This document shows, in pieces, positions 58,803 through 62,732 of a stretch of 62,732 bases of DNA. Made by a program: the position numbers and the translations under genes. Location: IMG/VR virus record IMGVR_UViG_3300037458_000922, positions 1 through 62,732 of that record; one strand, written 5' to 3'. Source of the stretch: a virus. Lineage: Duplodnaviria; Caudoviricetes. How positions within the stretch are numbered: position 1 is the first letter of the stretch; each line of letters begins with the position of its first letter. Under the pieces are notes generated by a model, which saw only the letters and a list, made by a program, of their open reading frames with translations, was not told the DNA's origin and did no database searches.

Positions 58803-59135
58803 GTGGAACATCACAAGCACTCCTGGACCAATGGCAGCTCAACCCACGTTTTCGTAATCTGCGGCCTCACCCTGGCCTTCGGCTGGATCGGTAACTGCGT
58901 CAAGAAGCCCGCCCTGGCGTTCATCCGCAACTTCCACCACGACTTCGAGGTCGTCTACTTCGGGAAGCGGTTCGAGACCCGCTTCGCGTTCCCGAGCCTC
59001 GACCCCCGGTCCTGGTACTGGAACAGCGAGTGGCTCGCCTACAAGTGGGGCGAAGGCCCGTCCGACGAGGAATTCGAGCGCACCGGGTGCGATATGTTCA
59101 TCTACCGAGGATGGCTCGGGCAGCACGTCTGGTAG
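58803..59135 (+). CDS. hypothetical early protein
   Basis: AAAGGAG SD before GTG 58803; GC3 bias. Confidence 0.7.
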   Translation: MEHHKHSWTNGSSTHVFVICGLTLAFGWIGNCVKKPALAFIRNFHHDFEVVYFGKRFETRFAFPSLDPRSWYWNSEWLAYKWGEGPSDEEFERTGCDMFIYRGWLGQHVW

Positions 59136-59180
59136 TGCCACCTTTAAGCCCTCCTGCGGGAGGGCTTGCTAGGTGTCACT
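59133..59180 (+). repeat. 48-bp stem-loop direct repeat, copy 2
   Basis: Identical to 58708-58755 except for one T/C change. Confidence 0.9.
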
Positions 59181-59214
59181 CCGGTACGACGATCAATCTT
59201 GCGACGAAAAGGAG

Positions 59215-59535
59215 ATGGAGTATGCGATGGTAGGTATCGAGAAGATTCGCCTGGGAGACCGCACAGTCATGGAGTTCTTCAACGAGTGCCGACAGCTCAT
59301 CGTGGGTCGAGGAGATAAGGTCCTCGATTACCGGGAGCAACCTCCCCAGGAGATGTATCTCCTGGAGACCGAGTCGGCGAGGATGAGTCTGTCCATAAAG
59401 AGCAAAGGTGGAGAGACCATCAGGATCGAGAGCCTTGTCCCCGATGGCCCCCGTGAGCGGAAGTCCGTTTTCACGATGGCTACCTACGGGGATGGGGGGC
59501 TTCTGTCCGTGGGGCTCACGTACTTCCCGTTCTGA
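59215..59535 (+). CDS. hypothetical protein (start 59215 or 59227)
   Basis: SD-like AGGAG/GGAG upstream; ORF fills the gap. Confidence 0.6.
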   Translation: MEYAMVGIEKIRLGDRTVMEFFNECRQLIVGRGDKVLDYREQPPQEMYLLETESARMSLSIKSKGGETIRIESLVPDGPRERKSVFTMATYGDGGLLSVGLTYFPF

Positions 59536-59607
59536 GTCAGCGTCGATTCACGCGTATCTTGTCAATGCTTGGTAGGAACCCAACCTGCTCACGAAAGGAG
59601 CACTCGT

Positions 59608-60438
59608 ATGTTCACCACTCTCACCCCGGCCCAGATCGCGATCTTCGGCGAGTTCCGCAACCACATCGAGGAGACCCTCAAGAGCCACACCAAGGGCATC
59701 AAGGGCGGCAACCGGCTCGCCAAGGACAAGAAGGCCGTGTCCTTTTTCCTGGACCTCCTCGTCAACGTCTCGCGGCAGTCGAAGCTCAGCCGGGTCCTCA
59801 ACAGCCAGAAGGCGCTGGAGGAGCGGGGCTTCACGAAGTCGAACATCCAGAAGGCCCGCACGACCACCCGCTGGGGCAAGCAGGTCCGGGAGCTGGTCAC
59901 CCGGCCCGATGGTTCCCCGGACTACCTGTTCACCCCTCGGTGTGCCGTCATGTACACCACCGAGGCGTACCGGAAGCTCCGTGCCGAGGAGACCGGTTCC
60001 ACCACCCCGGAGACGGTGTACGTGCTCCCCTGGAAGTACGTCCCGAGCGACATGCAGGAGAAGATGGGGAACCAGTTCCCCCGGCCCACCAGCAAGGACG
60101 GCAAGCCGTACCCGGTGTTCACCCCGGTCGGCATCGGCGTGGTCGTGAAGCAGGGCAAGGTCGTGGACGGGGTCCGTCGTCAGTGGGCGCGGCTCCAGTT
60201 CCTTGTCCTCGCCAAGTACGGCGAGCGGAGCGTCGTGATCCCCGACATCATCATCTGGGACCGGGAGGCGTGTGACGGCAAGAACGTGATCCAGCGTCTC
60301 GCCGAGGTCACCGGAGCCCCCGAGAATGTCATCCCGTACTGGCCCGAGGAGGCCGAGACCGAGCAGGCCCCGGCTCCCCTGGCGCAGGCGGCTTCCACTC
60401 AGGCCGTTCTCCAGAACGACTTCAACTTCGCCTTCTAG
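59608..60438 (+). CDS. hypothetical early protein
   Basis: AAAGGAG SD before ATG 59608; very strong GC3 bias; followed by a terminator. Confidence 0.8.
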   Translation: MFTTLTPAQIAIFGEFRNHIEETLKSHTKGIKGGNRLAKDKKAVSFFLDLLVNVSRQSKLSRVLNSQKALEERGFTKSNIQKARTTTRWGKQVRELVTRPDGSPDYLFTPRCAVMYTTEAYRKLRAEETGSTTPETVYVLPWKYVPSDMQEKMGNQFPRPTSKDGKPYPVFTPVGIGVVVKQGKVVDGVRRQWARLQFLVLAKYGERSVVIPDIIIWDREACDGKNVIQRLAEVTGAPENVIPYWPEEAETEQAPAPLAQAASTQAVLQNDFNFAF

Positions 60439-60450
60439 GCTAATCTAACG

Positions 60451-60477
60451 GGAGGGGCTTCGGCCCCTCCTCTTTTT
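60451..60477 (+). terminator. intrinsic terminator with UUCG loop
   Basis: GGAGGGGC-TTCG-GCCCCTCC-TCTTTTT. Confidence 0.85.
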
Positions 60478-60519
60478 CGAAGCCCTCCTGTACGGAGGGT
60501 TTCGGAAAGGATTTGAACC

Positions 60520-60801
60520 ATGAAGTGGTACGACAAGCTCAAGTACAGGGACTTCATCTCCAAGGCCCTCGACCCCGAGGTCGAGTGCCCGCCGAACTGG
60601 CGTGAGGAGGTGAAGGGCATCCACGCCATCATGCAGCCTCTCTTCGAGTTCTTCCTCGCGTCCATCCCCCCCGAGGAGCGCCCCGAGGACAAGCATGTGT
60701 TCTACGGGTTGCTCACCCGTTGGGGGTCGGACACCGGTCTCCTCACCGACGAGGAGTACAGCAAGGTGCGCTATTGGCTGACCAACTTCGAGTTGGGCTA
60801 G
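60520..60801 (+). CDS. hypothetical protein
   Basis: AAAGGA SD; GC3 bias. Confidence 0.7.
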   Translation: MKWYDKLKYRDFISKALDPEVECPPNWREEVKGIHAIMQPLFEFFLASIPPEERPEDKHVFYGLLTRWGSDTGLLTDEEYSKVRYWLTNFELG

Positions 60802-60814
60802 AAAGGAGCACGCT

Positions 60815-60997
60815 ATGGCGAAACCGATCTGCAAGTGTGGTGCTGTCCTCGAAGAAGGCTGCTTGGGGATGCTGTGGTGCTCCAACTGCGGGTGTGACTA
60901 GGAGATGCCCGAGGAGGCTACCCCCGAGACTCACCCGGAGTACTACATGACGATGACCGTTCTGTCCAAGGAAGAGGCGGACGAGATCCGCGAGTAG
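60815..60997 (+). pseudogene. small Cys-rich (zinc-ribbon-like) ORF interrupted by an in-frame TAG at 60899
   Basis: MAKPICKCG...WCSNCGCD*EMPEEATPETHPEYY...; strong SD at the start, reading frame continues past the stop. Confidence 0.45.
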
Positions 60998-61021
60998 TTT
61001 TCCGTCAAGGAGGAACACGAC

Positions 61022-61420
61022 ATGGAAGACCCTGTCAAAGAGCTGACCGAGCAGGAGTTCCTGGAGGAGTTGCTGTGGCAGCTCGTCTCGGACGGGAAGA
61101 TCCACCCGGAGCACGGCCCCGAGTGCAACTGCATCTACGGGAAACTTCGACGGCGGATCGGAGTGGAGCGGGCGAAAGAGGTCGTGGCGAGCGCCAAGCC
61201 GAACGCGCCGTTGCCGATGGACGAGTCCATCAGCGTGTACGCGATGACGCCTTTCCCGGCGAAGGCCAACCCGTTCCACCATGACAAGGCCCGCATGGGT
61301 ATTCGTCTCGGGACCAACGTCATCGTCATGTTCTCGAACCACCCGACCGAGCGGATGCAGGATCTCGTCGTCTACAACCAGTCCACCGGGGCGAGAGCCC
61401 TCATTCAGTTCTGGCAGTAG
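61022..61420 (+). CDS. hypothetical protein
   Basis: AGGAGG SD; GC3 bias. Confidence 0.7.
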   Translation: MEDPVKELTEQEFLEELLWQLVSDGKIHPEHGPECNCIYGKLRRRIGVERAKEVVASAKPNAPLPMDESISVYAMTPFPAKANPFHHDKARMGIRLGTNVIVMFSNHPTERMQDLVVYNQSTGARALIQFWQ

Positions 61421-61425
61421 CGACC

Positions 61426-61635
61426 ATGCGCTGCTCCATCGTTGAGGCAACTTACGGGGTTATCGGCCACCATAACGGGGACAGTGGCGTCCTGTACTGG
61501 CACGACAATGAGTTCGCTGCCTACGCAGAGGCGAGACGAATCCGTCTCGAAGGGGGGGATGTCCGCGTCGAAAAGTATGATAATATTAACTTCAAGACAG
61601 TTCAGGATGCGCTTTGGGGAAAGGAGCCGTTATGA
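61426..61635 (+). CDS. hypothetical protein
   Basis: Tightly packed between neighbours; stop overlaps the next ATG. Confidence 0.55.
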   Translation: MRCSIVEATYGVIGHHNGDSGVLYWHDNEFAAYAEARRIRLEGGDVRVEKYDNINFKTVQDALWGKEPL

Positions 61636-61874
61636 GTGGAGAGCCCGTGAAAACGTTCTTTTCGGACAAGGAGCTGGAAGACCTCAAGAAGCACGCCTAC
61701 AAGGCGGGGGCCGAGAAGTTCAAGGAAGAACTCCTGGCCGAGCTGCGCTGTCGGCAAGCCGCCTTTCTGAGGGAGATCCAGGACCTGACCGTACGTGAGG
61801 CCACCGTCTCTCTCGCCATCGACGACATCCGTATGGTGTGGGAGGAAGACTTCGAGGAGAAGGAGGATGTGTAA
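61632..61874 (+). CDS. hypothetical protein
   Basis: AAGGAG SD before ATG 61632. Confidence 0.65.
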   Translation: MSGEPVKTFFSDKELEDLKKHAYKAGAEKFKEELLAELRCRQAAFLREIQDLTVREATVSLAIDDIRMVWEEDFEEKEDV

Positions 61875-62037
61875 CTACCCCACAGTCGGGTCACTCACTC
61901 AGTGGGCTTGGGAGGCGTATTGGTCTCAGCCCTTTTTCGATTTCGCCTTGGAGGCGTAGGACCCAATCAACCCTCCTGTACGGAGGGTTGTTCGGATCAC
62001 TCGCCAAAGTGGTCTAATACAATCTTGGAGGCACGAT

Positions 62038-62238
62038 ATGGCATTCGTAGGACGTATTCACGCATCCATCAACCGGTACGGACAGGAGACGATTAAGTCA
62101 CTCCGTCCTCTCACGCGGGTGGAGATCATTCATCTCCGGACGTGCCACAACGCAGTGAGCGAGACGCTTTACCCGGAGCGTTCGCCCATTCGGAAGCTCG
62201 TGACGGTGTCTCCGGAAGACCTCAATGGGAAGAAGTGA
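62038..62238 (+). CDS. hypothetical protein
   Basis: GGAGG SD; 66 aa. Confidence 0.55.
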   Translation: MAFVGRIHASINRYGQETIKSLRPLTRVEIIHLRTCHNAVSETLYPERSPIRKLVTVSPEDLNGKK

Positions 62239-62319
62239 CATTATGACCCACAGTTCAGATCCTCGTGTTCGAGTGAGGCTTTGTGCCCGATACACAGTTT
62301 CCAAGTGGGGGGTGGCGTC

Positions 62320-62732
62320 ATGACCGACAACTTTGGGCGGATAACCAGTTACCCGAAGGTATATAACCTGGGGCACCCGGCCATCGCAAACCTATTTGAT
62401 GGCCCTGATGTGGTCGTCGAAGAAAAGATTGATGGCAGCCAGTTTTCCTGGGTCTTAATCGACGGCGTTGTCTACTTCAGAAGTCGCAATAGCCCTCTCT
62501 ATCCTGGTGCCGCTGGTATGTTTGAAAAGGGGGTCCAAGCCGTGCTGGGGATTCAGCACAAATTGAACCCCGGTTGGGTTTATCGCGGAGAGTATCTCAG
62601 TAAGCCCAAGCACAATTCCCTCAAGTACGACAGGGTGCCTAAGAATTACGTTATCCTGTGGGATATTATGATTCAGGAAGAAGCCTACCTTGCTCGCTCA
62701 GTGAAAGAGACTATGGCCGAGCAAATAGGTTT
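62320..62732 (+). CDS. RNA ligase (Rnl2-like nucleotidyltransferase), truncated by the window end; not in the ORF track
   Basis: My translation: MTDNFGRITSYPKVYNLGH...VVVEEKIDGSQFS...FRSR...YRGEYL..PKHN.L.YDR.P...VILWDI (motif I KxDG and motif III GE). Confidence 0.85.
   Translation, partial: MTDNFGRITSYPKVYNLGHPAIANLFDGPDVVVEEKIDGSQFSWVLIDGVVYFRSRNSPLYPGAAGMFEKGVQAVLGIQHKLNPGWVYRGEYLSKPKHNSLKYDRVPKNYVILWDIMIQEEAYLARSVKETMAEQIG

Noticed and set aside
58708-59180. CRISPR array
   Set aside because: Only two 48-bp copies, separated by a whole gene; no regular spacers and no cas genes
59559-60275. 238-aa alternative-frame ORF
   Set aside because: Pro/Gly/Arg-rich by-product of GC3 bias in the 59608-60438 gene
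1-62732. Genome-wide stop-codon reassignment
   Set aside because: Genes are full length and tightly packed under the standard code; TAG, TGA and TAA all end conserved genes (the capsid gene ends in TAG)

Overview
The window is a segment of a large, divergent, T4-style contractile-tailed dsDNA phage (myovirus). It uses the standard genetic code and is almost entirely + strand. 1-5 kb holds uncharacterised, partly basic proteins. 5-46 kb is a virion morphogenesis region: gp21-like prohead protease fused to an acidic scaffold, gp23-like major capsid, neck proteins, sheath, tube, tail-assembly chaperone with an overlapping +1-frame ORF, tape measure, baseplate hub/spike/wedge, a 1765-aa beta-helix protein, tail fibres, a sulfotransferase and a 1669-aa NHL-repeat protein. 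46-50.6 kb has an amidase endolysin, membrane proteins, a metallophosphoesterase and an HU-like protein. 50.6-56.8 kb is a replication module: a candidate small RNA, a UvsW-like helicase split around a structured origin-like region, DnaB and primase. After one minus-strand gene and a repeat-rich spacer, 58.3 kb onward is GC3-rich small 'early' genes punctuated by repeated stem-loops, ending in a truncated RNA ligase. I saw no portal, terminase, tRNA, CRISPR array or integrase. All product calls are from motifs and synteny read by eye; no database searches were run.
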